Positions 1 to 14,346 of a DNA stretch of 64,000 nt are shown here, one piece after another. The stretch comes from Octopus vulgaris (lineage: Eukaryota), in contig OX597840.1 of NCBI GenBank assembly GCA_951406725.2, forward strand, positions 36,704,001-36,768,000. The letters run 5' to 3'. A program made the position numbers and the translations under genes. Numbering within the stretch: the first letter of the stretch is position 1; each line of letters begins with the position of its first letter. The notes below the pieces were generated by a model. It was given only the letters and a program-made list of their open reading frames with translations. It ran no database searches and had not been told where the DNA came from.

Positions 1-129
1 AAGCCCAGTACTTATTCTATCGGTCTCTTTTGCCGAACCGCTAAGTAACGGGGACACAAACACACCAGCATCGGTTGTCAAGCAATGCTAGGGGGACAAA
101 CACGGACACACAAACACACACACACACGC

Positions 130-178
<49 letters not shown>

Positions 179-325
179 CATATATACGACAGGCTTCTTT
201 CAGTTTCCGTCTATCAAATCCACTCACAAGGCTTTGGTTGGCCTGAGGCTATAGTAGAAGGCACTTGCCCAAGGTGCCACGCAGTGGGACTGAACCCAGA
301 ACCATGTGGTTCGTAAGCAAGCTTC
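1..325 (-). mobile_element. tRNA-derived SINE family A with internal (CA)n/(TA)n microsatellite; continues past the window start
   Basis: Minus-strand head has B-box-like GGTTCAGTCCC and a CORE-like GCACCTTGGGCAAGTG segment. Closely similar copies at 39778, 50370, 59845 and 62210. Confidence 0.85.
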
Positions 326-334
326 CTCTTCTTA

Positions 335-545
335 AGGTTGCCGAACTCATAGAGTCGTTATTGCGCCGGAAAAAATGCATTGTGACATTTCTTACGACTT
401 TACGTTCTGAGTTCAAATTCCGCCGAGGTCGACATAGCCCTTCAGCCCGCCGAGATCAATAAAATAAGTACCAGCTGGGATCGATGGAATCGAATTATCC
501 CCTCCTACAAAACTGATATCCTTGTGTCAAACTTTGAAACCAATA
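335..545 (+). mobile_element. Diverged SINE family B copy
   Basis: TTACGTTCTGAGTTCAAATTCCGCCGAGGTCGAC and AATAAAATAAGTACCAG are shared with the full copies at 15765, 48690 and 56622. Confidence 0.75.
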
Positions 546-1254
546 TTATCCCTCTCCGTTCCCACTTAAGATTGATCACTCTTATCAGTCTTTCTTCACC
601 ACCACTCACCTCTCATTCCCTCCATGTACCACATCTGTCTCTCCGCTCACACTCTTGCAACCTACTACTACTACTACTACTACACATACACACACACACT
701 TCCTCTCCCTTTCCCTCTCTTATCTTTTCTCTCTCTACTGTATTATCATACGATTCTGTTACTTATTTACCTTCTTTTGGACTATCACTCATCCCCTGCT
801 ATCCCCTACCTTTCCAAACTCATATATATCATCGAACACCCTTCTACCCCGATCTCAAATTCCCTACGACCACGCCTCAATTTCATTCAATCTTTAAATT
901 CATCACCTGTTTTCCCTCCAAAATATATCTAACATCGATCTTACCCACAACCCTCGTTCTTAGTTCAATATATTCGCCCCTTACTTTCTCTCTCCCCAAC
1001 CTTTATCCATCCTCACTTCATGTTCTGCTGCTTCCATTCCCTTCTAATCATCTTCTTGTAACTTCAGGATCGTCCTTGGCATTTTATCGCCATAATTGTA
1101 TCCATTTTCCAGCTCCATCTCTTCACTCCCATCTACTCTTCAATAATGCGAGTGTCCAAGGAACTTCTCCACGGCAAAGAAACCTGTTCTGGCCCCTTCT
1201 CTCACACATAAACCTTTCACTCCGTGACCCCACTCAGTCAAAAGGGGTCTTAAT

Positions 1255-1445
1255 CTCGGCAGCTGCTTGTACTCAGAGCTCACTGTAAAGTGGTTGGCAT
1301 CAAAAAATGCATCCAAGCAGAGAAACCATACCAAAGCCGGGACTGGAACTCGACGCACTCCTTTGAGCCCCTCGGCCCTGTCAAACCGTCCAACCCATGC
1401 CAGCTGGGAAGATGGACGTTAAACGAAGATGATAATCATGATAAT
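1255..1445 (+). mobile_element. SINE/LINE 3' tail ending in a (GAT)-like repeat
   Basis: CCAACCCATGCCAGC...GGACGTTAAACGAAGATGAT resembles RTE-type retroposon tails. Single copy in the window. Confidence 0.5.
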
Positions 1446-2338
1446 GACACGTGTTTATCTGGATGTATTTCTATTAATAGCAAACTTAATTAAAGAAAGG
1501 TATTATTTTAATCTTCTAGCCAGACATTTCACCATCGCTTTCATTATCGTCGTCATCATCATCATCATCGTTGTTGTTGTCATCATTAGTTAATATTTCT
1601 TTATCGCGTTCATTATTCGCCTCACACTCCCTCCGCCTTCCCCTCTCTTCCCTTTTGTTGTAATCCCGTAAGAAGGGATTAATATGAGTGAGGGTAGGCG
1701 TTTGTTTCCAGTCGTCACATCATCCTCATTGTTACCGTGACTTCATCATCATCATCATCATCATCACCCCCACCATCATCAATTTCATCAGAACCATCAT
1801 CATTCCCATCCACATCATTCTACTCCTCCACCCCTCATGGTCATCATCATCACCGTTGTAACTACCACAACTCCACCAGCACCAGCAACAGCAGCAGCAG
1901 TAGCTTCACCACAACTACTACCACAGGCGCGATTACCATCATCATCATCATCATCATCACCATCATCACGTGTTTGTCTGTAATAGTGATCTTGCTTGAT
2001 AATAATATCGAGCCTTATTGCTTTGAATCTGCCTTTATATTTATTCATAAGTCACTGTCAACTTCACTCAACAATCATTAATCAAACCAATGCTAACATA
2101 TCTACTGAAGAACTAAAGAAAAACAAAAGAATATCTTAAATTAGTTAAGACTCCGTCATCTTTGTAGGAAGAAGAAAAGCATTAACTCTTGGACTGAACT
2201 TGAACACAGCGAATAAGAGTGGTCGTATTTTGCTGCTTTAAGCGATACCTGGGAAGTCATTGCTATCTTGCGTCATTTATGAACGTTGTGTTCCTACTGT
2301 TTCCCCTGATCACACACGCGCGCGCGCACACACACGCA

Positions 2339-2371
<33 letters not shown>

Positions 2372-2439
2372 CTGTACGTGCGCATACACGCGTCACTGGA
2401 TTGCAGACATGCTGGGGCACGGTATCGAGGGATTTTAGT

Positions 2440-2745
2440 TATGCAAATCAACCACGGAGCGTATTTTCCTCTTAAGCTTAGTACTTATTGTATCGGTCTC
2501 TTTTGCCAAACCGTTAAATTCCGAGGCCATACAGAAACCAACACCGTTTGTAGGTGGAGGAAAAACATACAAACACACACACACGACGTGATTCTTTCAA
2601 TTTCCGTCTGCCAAATTCGGCCAAAAGCATCATTCGGTCCTGGGGCTATAGTAGAAGTCACTGGCCTAAGGCGCCACTTCCGCGCAATGGGACTGAACGC
2701 AAAACCATATGGTCGCAAAGCAAACTTCTTAACCACACAGCCATA
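2440..2745 (-). mobile_element. SINE family A, diverged
   Basis: Same motif order as 1-325: AGTACTTATT.TATCGGTCTCTTTTGCC, TTTCCGTCT.CCAAAT, GGGACTGAAC. Confidence 0.8.
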
Positions 2746-3215
2746 CCAGTATGATATCAAATGTAAAAATGAGTGAAGTTATTTAACACCACCAGGTAAG
2801 ATTAGTGGAACACAAATACACATCAAGCGCCATTCGAGACTTCGTTTACAAAGATTTTCTTTCTATTAAGAAAATATTTACGAAATTTTTGTTTGCCACG
2901 AAACTTTTAAAGGATGAAACAAAACAAACAGACCCACCCTTCCCATAAATGCAGGAAAAAAATGCGAACAAAATAAGAAAAAATAAATCAGTCAAAAACG
3001 AAATTAAAAATATAAAAATAGAAATAAATACAGAAAGCAAAACATTTTTCTAAACACACACAAACAAAATAATTAAAAGCTATGCTGGAAGATTCGCAAG
3101 AATTTGGTTTATAAATGAAAATAAATAAACAAATGAAATAAATAAATAAATAAATAATATATATAAGACGAAAGTGTAAGGCCGTTAATAATCTTTCGAA
3201 ATTATAATTATTTCA

Positions 3216-3590
3216 ATGACAATAATGATGATGATGATGATGCTGACGATAACCTTGATGACGAGGATGATAACGATGATGGTGATGACGACGATGATGA
3301 TGATAATGAAGCTGATGGTGATGATGACAATGATGACGTTGATGATGATGATGATGATGAGGATGGTGATGGTGATGATGATGGTGATGATGATGGTGAT
3401 GATGATGATGATGATGATAATGGTAATGATGATGATGGTGGGGATGATGATGGTGATGATGATGGAGATGATGATGATGATGATGGTGAAGATGATGATG
3501 ATAATGAAGGCGATGATATTGATGTGGTGATGATGATGGTGATGAAGATGGTGAGGATAATGATGCTGCTGCTGCTGATGATGGTGAAAA
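3216..3590. repeat. Compound (GAT/GGT/GAC)n trinucleotide microsatellite
   Basis: About 370 bp of imperfect GAT repeats; produces the spurious poly-Met ORF. Confidence 0.95.
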
Positions 3591-3708
3591 TTATTTCTAG
3601 ATTATATTGGTATTATTCTATTAATTATTTATTTTCGTTATTGATAATTAGCCTTTCGCTTAAATTTCTAATGTGAGTCTACTGCATGTGTATGTGCGTG
3701 TGTGTGTA

Positions 3709-3746
<38 letters not shown>

Positions 3747-3943
3747 TGTGAGTGTATATGTGTGCATGTGTGTGCGTTTGTACCTGCTGTGTGTGTGTAT
3801 GTGTGCGTATATAACATGCATGTATGTATGTATGTATGTTGTGCATATCCGATGTGTACGTACACACCAGCATGCGTGAATGCACTCAGGTTTGTGTGAA
3901 TGAGTATACGTGTGTGTCTAGTATGTATGTATATATGTGTGTT

Positions 3944-3994
<51 letters not shown>

Positions 3995-4104
3995 ATGTGT
4001 GTGCATGTGTGTGTTTGTGTGTGCGCCGAAGTGTTGTATTCCGAAGAAGTAACCGGATTTGTGGTTGGATCAAGTTTGGTGATGATGGGTAAAATGTATA
4101 TATA

Positions 4105-4210
4105 GGCGCTGGCGTGTCTCTGTGGTAAGAAGCTTGCTTCTCAACCATAAGGTTCTGATTTCAGTTCCACTACGCGGTACCTTAGTCAGGTGTCTTCTAC
4201 TATAGGCTCA
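4105..4210 (+). mobile_element. SINE family A head only
   Basis: GTGGTAAGAAGCTTGCTT..CAACCA..AGGTTC...TCAGT.CCACT.CG.GG.ACCTT..GTGTCTTCTACTATAG. Confidence 0.75.
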
Positions 4211-4299
4211 TCAGCAGTGATTTTTCAATCGTGTGGCCCGTTAGCATGTATATTTATCATAGGAATTTATGGTTGATTTTGGGAAATGCTAATTCTTTT

Positions 4300-4755
4300 A
4301 TTTTTATTTGTTTCAGTCATTTGACTGCGGCCATGCTGGAGCACCGCCTTTAGTCCAACAAATCGACCCAAGGAATTTTGTAAACCTAGTATTTATTCCA
4401 TCGGTCTCTTTTGCCGAACCGCCAAGTATATATAATATATAATACTTTTCTCGCTGGATTAAGTGCTCGTTTCTCTTTTTGTCTTCTGCAATTTCATTTT
4501 TGGATCTTCTATATACATGAAGAATTTTCCTCCATGTGGCTGTTTTTCTCTCTACAAAACAGAAAGTTGCATTATGGAACAGTCATGTTAACGAGTTTTT
4601 TAATTTACTTATCACCCGTCGAGATACGTCTGCACCACTGGATACTCCTGAACCAGTTTTTGTGTGTCCCACAAGAGGAGTTGATGCTAGATGTGTCGAA
4701 ACAATTGTTGTGATTAATAATATATTCTCGTATATTCTATCTTCTGTCTTTCATT

Positions 4756-4788
<33 letters not shown>

Positions 4789-4980
4789 AGAAAGTAAACA
4801 TATATATATATATATATATATAACGGGCTTCCTTCAGTTTCCGTCAACCAAATCCACTAACAAGGCTTTGGTCGGCCTGAGGCTATAGCAGAAGACACTT
4901 GCCCATGGTGCCACGGAGTGGGACTGAACCCAGAACCATGTGGTTGGTAAGCAAGCAACTTGCCACAAAGCCATGCCTGC
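4300..4980 (-). mobile_element. SINE family A split by a ~330 bp insertion and (TA)n
   Basis: Tail part 4300-4425 and head part 4822-4980 are collinear with intact copies; unrelated sequence lies between TA runs. Confidence 0.7.
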
Positions 4981-5235
4981 GTATGTGTATATAAAAATAT
5001 AAACATTTGGCACAATATAAGACCATAAATGAATACTTTTATCATCACTAGTCGTGACTGAGTGTGCCGAACCACTTATATTGCAAGAAATAAGATTTAA
5101 AACTATATATATACATTGACGGGGGAGATAACCGCCCCCTGAGCGAGTTTAGCATCACTGGGGTAGACTAGTTTCGCCTATTAGTCGTAGCCTCCTGACT
5201 TTCCTTTATGATCTCATTGCGTCTAGCTGTTTATA

Positions 5236-5270
<35 letters not shown>

Positions 5271-5596
5271 TTAAGTCTTGCTGAACATGTAGTTCTGTAC
5301 CCACTCAGACAGCAAGCCGCACAATGACATTTACACTGCTACCCCACCATGCATATACACGTACACATACACCCACACTCACGCCTATATATAAAGGCAT
5401 AAATTGACTTGTTAGTTGGGTAAATGAAATCAATAAAACACCTACTTGTAGATAGATTACTTACATAACCTATTTTTATATGGATCTGCACGACGCGACA
5501 TATCGGATTTCGGAACCGATCGCAGTGTCAGGTTTGACGTGCACGCCTTGAGAAATTGTGTGCACATTAGTATGCGTGCGTGCGTGAGTGTATGTG

Positions 5597-5640
<44 letters not shown>

Positions 5641-7714
5641 GAGAGAGAGAGAGCGAGAGAAAGAGAGAGGCATATATATATATATATAAATATATAATGC
5701 CACGTGATATTTGTAACCTTTCTTAGTTTAGTTTTCGAAAGAGATTTCTCGATATATCTATTTACCTTCGTATATATTTTCTGAAATTTTCCCATTTCTA
5801 TTCGCTTTCAGACGCGCTCTGACATGAAATACTCGGCTTCTGAGCCATTGATGTTGTTTTACAGCTAGGCATAACAACAGATGCAATCTAATTTATGCTA
5901 ACTAGCTCACTTAAACATCCAGAAAAATATATGTATGTATAGGAGAGTATTGTAGTTCGCTTGAAGCATTGTAAAGAATAAAATATTTTGAATCGTACAA
6001 CAATGGATTATAATACAGACAATGGTCTGTGTATACCTGTTGTAATTTAGTCATCCATAGTCTGATATGATATTTTGGAATAAAATTCCTTCTTCAGATA
6101 TTCTTAGGTGGAGCCGCTGCTATAATCGGCTGTATGTATGTATGTATGTATGTATGTATGTATGTATGTATGTATGTATGTATGTATGTGTGTGTGTGTG
6201 TATGTGTGTGTCAATGTTCAGATTTATTTCATGATTTCTTGCCAATAGAGAAAGCACCGGTTTCTAACCTAGAGGCTCTTTCACTGGAATTTCAACATCA
6301 ACAACTGGGTTTTTTTGTATGTATGTATGTATATATGTATGTATGTATGTGTAGATTTTTATGTTTTATGTATGTATTCTTATGCCTATAGTTGCATATC
6401 TAGATATTCTCATATATATCTAAATGATAAACTTCTGGAAAGTTTTGCAGAGTTTTACAGTTCCACTGATGGATTGGATCTGTAGTCTTCGAATTAGTTT
6501 TCTCCTTCCTGGTTTTCAGAAGCCTAATTTCTCAAGATTGGCATTTAAACAGTGTATTACATATCCCAGGGCCCCAATAATTACATCTTATGGTTTCGGC
6601 CCCTAGACCGAGCGTTGCTGTAGATGAGTGGCCGGTGACAGAACGACGTCCCGTTCATGGAGGCATTTTGTGATCTCGGCCTCTTGGACACCATGGAAAC
6701 CGGACAACCAGCATTTTGATTCCTTTGAGGATTCCGAGATACGAGCAACAAAATTTGCTCTCAGAATAGAATATATATCTTGTGTACCTAATTAGGGATT
6801 TTAGTTTTGGTTGTCTCAATAGGGTTTGTATAAGGCTAAGAGCCACGGCAGGGGGGGTTTTGCTCCGGGCAGGAAACAAGGGAGGAAACTAATGATTCAC
6901 CATCAGAAAACTTGGGAAGAAGTAAGGTGGAATGGTGAGAGTTAGAATCGCAAAACCGATGTGGATCAAGGTTACCAAGGTGTGGAAATGAATTCCTGCT
7001 AACACACCAAGCACAGACGATCGTTGAAGGGATTTAGCTACCGAAAGGTTTAATAAATGAGAACAAGCTGGAGCTGATGACGTCGAAGAAGAAGAAGAAG
7101 AAGGCGGAGGAGGAGGAGAAGATGATGATGATGATGTAAATGAAAGTGATTTGTTAGTAACAGCTGTGGGACTACAATACGTATATATTACTACGAGGGG
7201 GATATAAAATCAATAAGAGATTTGAAAATTAAACATATGTCTCTTCATGTATAAGTTGATCTTTTCTCTCAGAACCACGCAACCCAAGAGGCTGAAAGCA
7301 ATTCTTAAGTACACATTGTAATGAATCCTAAGATAAATAAATTACAACGTGGGTTGGCAGCGACACGAACACCAACACACGTTACTTGCATTATCAGCCA
7401 ACTCATACACGTACACATTTGTAATAATAAAGCCTGCAAAAAAATAATCAACACACACAGACAGACACACAGACACACACACACACACACACACACACTT
7501 AACGTCATACGTGTTCACATAAGCTCAAATTACTCGTAGAATCAAGCACGCGTGCAAACATATACATGCAAACATACGTCTGTATTGGTTAACATAGACA
7601 GCTGTTTAATACTTAAGTCCATACATGGGCATATGAAAGGCGGGAAAGTGGGCAGTAACGACCGCTCATATTCAAGCAAAACACTGATGAATATTCGAAT
7701 GAAAATCGTCGAGA

Positions 7715-7840
7715 GAGATCAATAATATTGGTTACTTAATTTATGAAACCCGAAAGGATGAAAGGCAAAGTCGACTTCGACGGAATTTGAACTCAGAACG
7801 TAAAGACAAAAAAGATGCCGCTAAGCACTTTCTCTCCGAC
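7715..7840 (-). mobile_element. SINE family B fragment
   Basis: CCCGAAAGGATGAAAGGCAAAGTCGAC...GGAATTTGAACTCAGAACGTAAAGAC. Confidence 0.85.
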
Positions 7841-7904
7841 TCACAGCTCTACACTTAGAGAGGTACCATCCACTCTTGCCACACACACACACACACACAC
7901 ATAT

Positions 7905-8226
7905 AAAGAACCCCTTTGGTCACGAATGACCGTAGGTTGGCGCCTAGAAAGTTCTCCTCCGAGGCACAAGTTCGGGAAAAGTTGTTTGTAGAAGACCAGC
8001 AATCGCCCATGCATACCAGTCCCCTCTTTCCACGCCACTGATGTTGTCCAAAGGAAAGGTAAAGAGGCCGATACAGCTTGGCACCATTGCAACTCATTTC
8101 TTTTGATGAGTGAACTGGAGCAACGTGAAATAAAGTGTCTTGCGCAAGAATACAACACGACCCGGTCTGGGAAACGAACTCACAACCCCACGATTATAAG
8201 CCCAACACTCTAGAAACTGAGCCACA
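7905..8226 (-). mobile_element. tRNA-derived SINE, head type H2 with a distinct tail
   Basis: Minus strand GTGGCTCAG...GAGTTCGTTTCCCAGACCGG...CAAGACACTTTATTTCACGTTGCTCCAG matches the heads at 34874 and 36781. Confidence 0.75.
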
Positions 8227-8559
8227 TATATTTACACACACACGCATACGCACATGTATGTATGTATGTATATATGTACGCGTCGCACGTTTGTAAGCAT
8301 GTATATAAAGGTTTGTAACGTAACATTGTATAATCAAAGACATTTGGAAAGAAAGCGAGATATGATTGGTTCAGATTTTACTAACTTGAATGGCTGCCGA
8401 AACGATTCGATACAAAATACTTCACATTTTATGAACGAAAGGATTCGCATATTCGCTTGAAGCAATCTCCACAGCCCTTTCTGCTGTAAGCAAACAAACA
8501 GGCATTTTTTGGAGCAATTGTAGGTAGTTTTACTGTTATCTATAATTCTCCATTGTAAT

Positions 8560-9140
8560 AACGAGTAACGGCCTCACAATAAGATTCCCCCATCAACGGT
8601 TATACCGCTTATGTGCGTATTTATAAACTGTAATCTTTAAATCCTTATTACATACACAATGGTTTAGATCTAAAGATTACAGCTGTTACAGATTTAAGCA
8701 TCGTCAATTTCTTCGATATTAATTTAGATTTAGAAACTGATAAATCTCTTACTGTAAAATTAACGAGGAGTTGCATTCCATAAATGGAATTTCCTGCCAT
8801 CCTATAATAATTCTAAATAAAGCTAGTAACATCCATAAGTGCATATCCTGCGTTTCCCTTGAGAGGAATGTTAATCGTGTTACTCATAAATAGTATCTTC
8901 AAAGACAGAACACTTTACTTTCGAAATGATACTAACATCATCAACTCAAAAATAGTCAATGAAATTGCTCGTGGTACAATCCGCCTTTTAGTTTCTATGT
9001 TTGTTCTGATATTTCGAAGTACTTCTTAAGTCTTATAAGCAAACGTTTCCTCATGAACGGCGTGTATCTTCAATAAGCATAAAGTTAAAGTGAATGACGG
9101 ATGTAACAAAACTTTGTTGCTTCTATAAACAATGGAAGCC
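8560..9140 (+). pseudogene. Decayed Penelope-like element RT/linker fragment
   Basis: Translated pieces VNFFDINLDL (cf. VNFLDVTLDL) and WYNPPFSFYVCSDISKYFLSLISKRF...FNKHKVKV (cf. PLE WFNPPFS...FLxLIxKHF...FNxxxVKVSYSC). Contains stops and frameshifts. Confidence 0.75.
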
Positions 9141-10309
9141 TTTCTAGTAAGAACTTGGAAATTTCTCTTCTCTCTCTCTCTCCTCTCTATGTAATAGCCT
9201 TAATATTTGCCCTATCCACAGTCTGTGTGTCCCCAAACCAATAGAACTGAGATCTTTCTTAGAAACTACAGTAAAAATCATCTAAATAGCATTTAGAGAA
9301 TAGTCTTTGAAGAAAATTCTCTTCATTTCAGCAGACCAAAAAAAAAAAAAAGAAAAAGATTAGAATTTCACCCAGCAAATATGTCTCAACCTTAAGGACG
9401 ACAATGTTGGCAGTTATAAGACCAAATGGTCTGCTATGGAACATACGTCGCTTCGCATCAGTGGTTGCCAAAAGTGTAATCCTTATCCCTCGGAATAATG
9501 TAATATTCTGTTGCAATTTTAGCAAACATTTATGAATTGGGAAGTTCTTACTTACATTTCTATTGTTATTTATTGAGAAATTTCGACACAGATTTTAGTT
9601 AACAGACTCTACTTCCTGCATCACGGATTCGCTATACTCTAGGACTCCCCCATTTTCAAAAACATTAATTTAATCATAAACACAAAGAATTTATCAATAA
9701 AGAATGACCCATCAAATCGCGAAAAGCTGGTACACTATACATAGACAAATGAAAATGGTTGGTGGTTTTGTATAAGAAAGTGAAGAGACGAAACGTTGAC
9801 AAGTTTTCATCCGGACTGATATCGCAACCAATAAGATGTAGAACTACATTTGAATTAATCTTACTTTGGTATTCTCGATTATTCTTTCATATATATTGTT
9901 CTACTGCCACGCTCTATCAAACATTTGAACAAACAGAATCGTCACATTGGCAATTACGATTCAAAAAAGCTTCCGTCATATAAAGTTAGAAAGGTGGTGA
10001 CCTGACAGAATTCAAAGTCCCGTCCGTATTTGTTCAGGCTTTTTGCGTTATGAGTTCAAATTACATCAAGAATAACCTTCCCTTTCATTGATTCTGGGGC
10101 GCTAAATATCGCCAACTCTTGGCAACCAGGGTTGATATGTTTACATTCTTATGACTTAGAAGTTGGACAAAGAAACCGATAGAAATTGTACAAGGCTTTA
10201 AAAAAAAACAGGTAAATTTCTTCGATTAAACCCTTCAAGGCGGTACCCAAAGCATGACTGGTACCAAAAGACTGAAGCAAGTAAAAGTTAAAAAATCTCT
10301 ATAACAGTT

Positions 10310-10345
10310 TCGCTGCTGCCGCTGCTACTGCTGCTACTCTTCTTG

Positions 10346-10427
<82 letters not shown>
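10310..10427. repeat. (CTA)n/(CTG)n microsatellite
   Basis: Direct observation. Confidence 0.95.
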
Positions 10428-11097
10428 ACAAACATGCTCCCTCTCTCTCGCATCTTTGCGACTGCAACAAAAAGCAATCCTTTTGGCAACTCTCCACTTA
10501 CAAACAATCAATAACCATCGTCTCTCGGTATCTCACGTTCCTCTCCATGTCTCTTCTACCGCTACTAGAACGTTCCCTGCTCCATACTACCTGTTTATCC
10601 TCTCTGGTTTATAGTTGCTCATGGACTCGCATCTCTTACTTGGCGTCTCAATGGCCTCCATTGTCTCACGAAGACACAATTCCCTACCAAAACAACTTTC
10701 GCAATCATTCCTTCTGTTATTGAAGAATTAATTATTATAGAAAAACTTCGCGGAGAGAAAATACAAAATAAACAACAATAACAACGTTCTTTTTCTAATT
10801 AAAATATGCAAAATAAAAATTACAGTTCAAAATCAATTATGTTCCTTGTAATTATTGTCTAATGAAAATTTTAATGATATTATTAGATGTCCCGATATAG
10901 TAGTGTATGCTCTAAACATACGTACACAATCATACACACAAACACACACACGTATACACGCGAGCGCGCCCCTTTATATATATATATATAGTTATATGTA
11001 TATAGACACATCATATTATATATATGAAAATACTTATAAGTATATGCATAAACGTATATTATATACGTATATGTGGTTGTGTGTGTGCGTACGTATG

Positions 11098-11146
<49 letters not shown>

Positions 11147-11899
11147 TGTGCACTGTTCGCTATTAAATATCTTGCTTAGATTAACAATGATCGGATGCCT
11201 TCAAATTACGTATCTTTAGCTGCTGCTGCTACTACTACTACTACTACTACTAACAACCTACTACTCCTACGTATAGAATCGTCTGACGGTGAAGCAGATT
11301 ATTTTCTCGCTTCTTCCGTTTTCGCCTGTTGACGTGAGTCAAGAGTATTTCTCGGCGGAGTAGAATACATAAGCGCCGGCCTGCATCACCATAGCAACGT
11401 ACTCGGCTATCTAGGATACATAGAATCCCTATGGCTATCAGTACACTGAATATTATCCCAGGTCCGTCAGCTATGCCATACGCTGAAAATCCACATCGTT
11501 CGCCAACATGACTCAACTTTAAGTTTAATATCCAAACTCATCTCAACTTGTGGCAAAATTCAAAGTTCCTCTCTTGAAAGCAGACATATTTCTCATATCT
11601 GATGGGAAACAAGAGACGGCACCAATGAGTGGACAAGCCACATGGCAAATAGCCTATCCTTCTATGTCTTTAGCTTATCCCGGATAACATCAGGATTAAA
11701 GTCTTGGCACATAATCAGAGACTTGGACACAGCTGGCTTGTACGAGTGTAGTCGCTCGAAATCTCTGCATACAGGACGCCAGTTGGTCTCAAGGGTCAGC
11801 AGGAGAGAATGTGTACCGTATCGGGGCCTAACTCTCCCTGAGTCTAGAGTGTACTAGCCCCATTCACTGATGTGGGGCCTCACCTACTGGATCTACTGA

Positions 11900-12680
11900 T
11901 TTATGTAATCTTAAATTCATTTCGGGGTCATCATCTCCATTCAAAAATGGAGATCTGATTTGTCGTACGGACAAACATGTCCTTCCCTCACCCCACACAT
12001 CACTTCTCCAGGTTTCCGCATTATTTTTCTGTCATATTCAGAAGTTAGCCTTCTCAACTCTTATCTCGATCTCTTTCAAAATGGTGTTCGCTGGACGATG
12101 ATTGATGCCATTTGATAGCAGCCATCATCTCAGTCCGATTTCAATAAAACCCATACATCCAATTTCAGCAAAAAAGTGTATTGCACTCCAGCCAGCGTCT
12201 GTACAGTCTCCTTGTGGACTTTCATAACGCTTGACTACCAGAGTAGCTCCTATATTGTCTTCATGTGGAACAATTCGACAAGATGACCTATATTGCGTCC
12301 TCACACCATATTGTCATAAAAGGCTTCGTCTTTCTAGGCATTCGAAAAAGGAATTTCAAAGAACAGCTGCTCCCTCCCAAACTAGATCCCATTTTTCGTC
12401 GTTTACGGCTTTCTCCTTCTGTATTGGGTGATCATCTTTACTTTGTTGAAATAATGTGATAAACCATTTCCTGGCAGTCTTATGCGGTTCTTTCCTTTCA
12501 TTGATAATTTCCATTTGCTTCTTAGCAGCAATATCAAGCGAATTCTGAAGACCGAATTTTGTTTCCACAAATACCTTTCTAGCGCCATTGAAGAATTAGA
12601 AAGAATACGCTTTCGCGTACCAACTTTCCTGCATCTACATTTGACAATAATGGACGTAATGTGCAGCTAATTGAAGATGT
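11900..12680 (-). pseudogene. Decayed RLE-type non-LTR retrotransposon 3' region (HERO/R2-group-like)
   Basis: Minus strand CRCRKVGTRKRILSNSSMALERYLWKQNSV (degenerate CCHC knuckle + RY.WRHN) and VPHEDNIG...KRYE...CTDAGWSAIHFFAEIGCMGF (cf. ELTVPWE...GW...PVEVGCRGF). Confidence 0.75.
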
Positions 12681-13069
12681 TCCTTCCTACTGAACAATCA
12701 GGACAGTTCAATATACTTGTGTGTATATTTGTGTTTCACCATATACGTGATTGTGTGTGTTTGTGTATGTGTATGTGCACACAATTGGATGTTGACCCAC
12801 AACGGACCATCAGGGGAACATTTTTACTTCACGTTACAGAAATCAAAAGCTTACATGTCTAATATACTCACACACGCACAGGCACATATGTATGTATATA
12901 TGTATATCTATCTACCTGTCTGTATGTCTGTGTGTGCCTGTCTGTCTGTCTGTCTGTATCTATCTATCTATCTATCTATTTACCTACCTACCTATCTATC
13001 TATGTACCTATGTATGTATGTATGTATGTATGTATGCATGCATGTATGTGTGTACCTATCTAGCTAGCT

Positions 13070-13100
<31 letters not shown>

Positions 13101-14346
13101 AATATGCGCGTGTGTATGCTTGTATGATATACAGCCCAAATAGTTTAATATATCCTCAATATTCTTTGACGATAACGAAAGAAATACTTCAGAAAATTCT
13201 TTAAAGAAATCAAAGAAATAAAAACGAAGAAAATCACTTAAAAGATAACAACGTCAAATACAAAATAAATAAATAAACATTGAAAAAAACAACAACAACA
13301 ACAGTAAATAAAAGCAAAACAATTGAAAAGAGAAAGTATGAAATGAAGCAAATATATTCCCTCGTCATTGTAATGTTAATTTCAGCAGTGAAACTTGCAC
13401 AGAATATATAATTGGCAGCAAAGGAGCGGCCTGCTGCCCTCTCTAGCTTTCCTTTAAAGTCATTTGAAAATCAGTCATTGACTAACGTGGTTGGTGTTGG
13501 TCGCTCGGTGAACGTGTATTTACACACACACACGTTTATATATATATATATTGTTGGTGTTGTTGTTATTACCTGACGCTCAACAATCAATATATCGGAT
13601 ATGATAAAATATCCAATAACAACAACAACGACAACAACAGTGATAACAAAATTCAAGCAACAAGTATTTAAAATAAAGTTTCGTCTACTTCCTCTCAGCA
13701 AAAAGATAAATATACCAACGAAAAAGAAAACAGAGCTTAAATCACACAATCTTTCAACGAAAGTCTACTATCACCGTGGGCCAAAAGAAGTAACTGTTTT
13801 CTTTAACCAAACATCTTTATTTTTATTGCTTTTTTCCTTATTTTTTTTATTCTTAGATAAATTCGCCCTTTGGTATATAACAATTTTTTAAAAGAAATTA
13901 TTAAAAAAAATTCCTTCTTACTGAAAACATAAGAATTTTTGATGTTCTAAGAATTTCCTGGAGGTAACAGATTTCGTGATATCATTATTATTACTATTAC
14001 TGTTATTATTATTATTATTATTATTATTATCATATTTGCTGCGGAATACATCATTTATATTTTCGAACACACTGCGTAAATCTTGTATAAAATCATTGTT
14101 TTCATTCGTTTCGTGGTGTCCATTTGTTTGTAAATGTTTTGTTATAATATATTATTAAGAGCACCAGGAACCGTTTGACTGGCGCTCTGTGCTTATTTTG
14201 CCTCATAAGCGTAATATTTTCCCTTCCCCAAAATAATTGTCAAAATGATTTTTTAAATTCACAGAAAGATAAAGAGATGCAACTTCTTAATTTTTACAGT
14301 TTACTTAGACACAATACTAAATCAGTGTGTTATTATCTTTTATGTA

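Noticed and set aside
524-1288. Longest ORF (254 aa)
   Set aside because: Pyrimidine-rich low-complexity DNA depleted of stop codons, spanning a SINE tail and microsatellites; no domain.
3216-3530. 104-aa poly-Met ORF
   Set aside because: Translation of a (GAT)n microsatellite; no splice or codon evidence.
7191-7290. TACGAGGGG mariner-like TIR start
   Set aside because: No matching second TIR or transposase sequence nearby.
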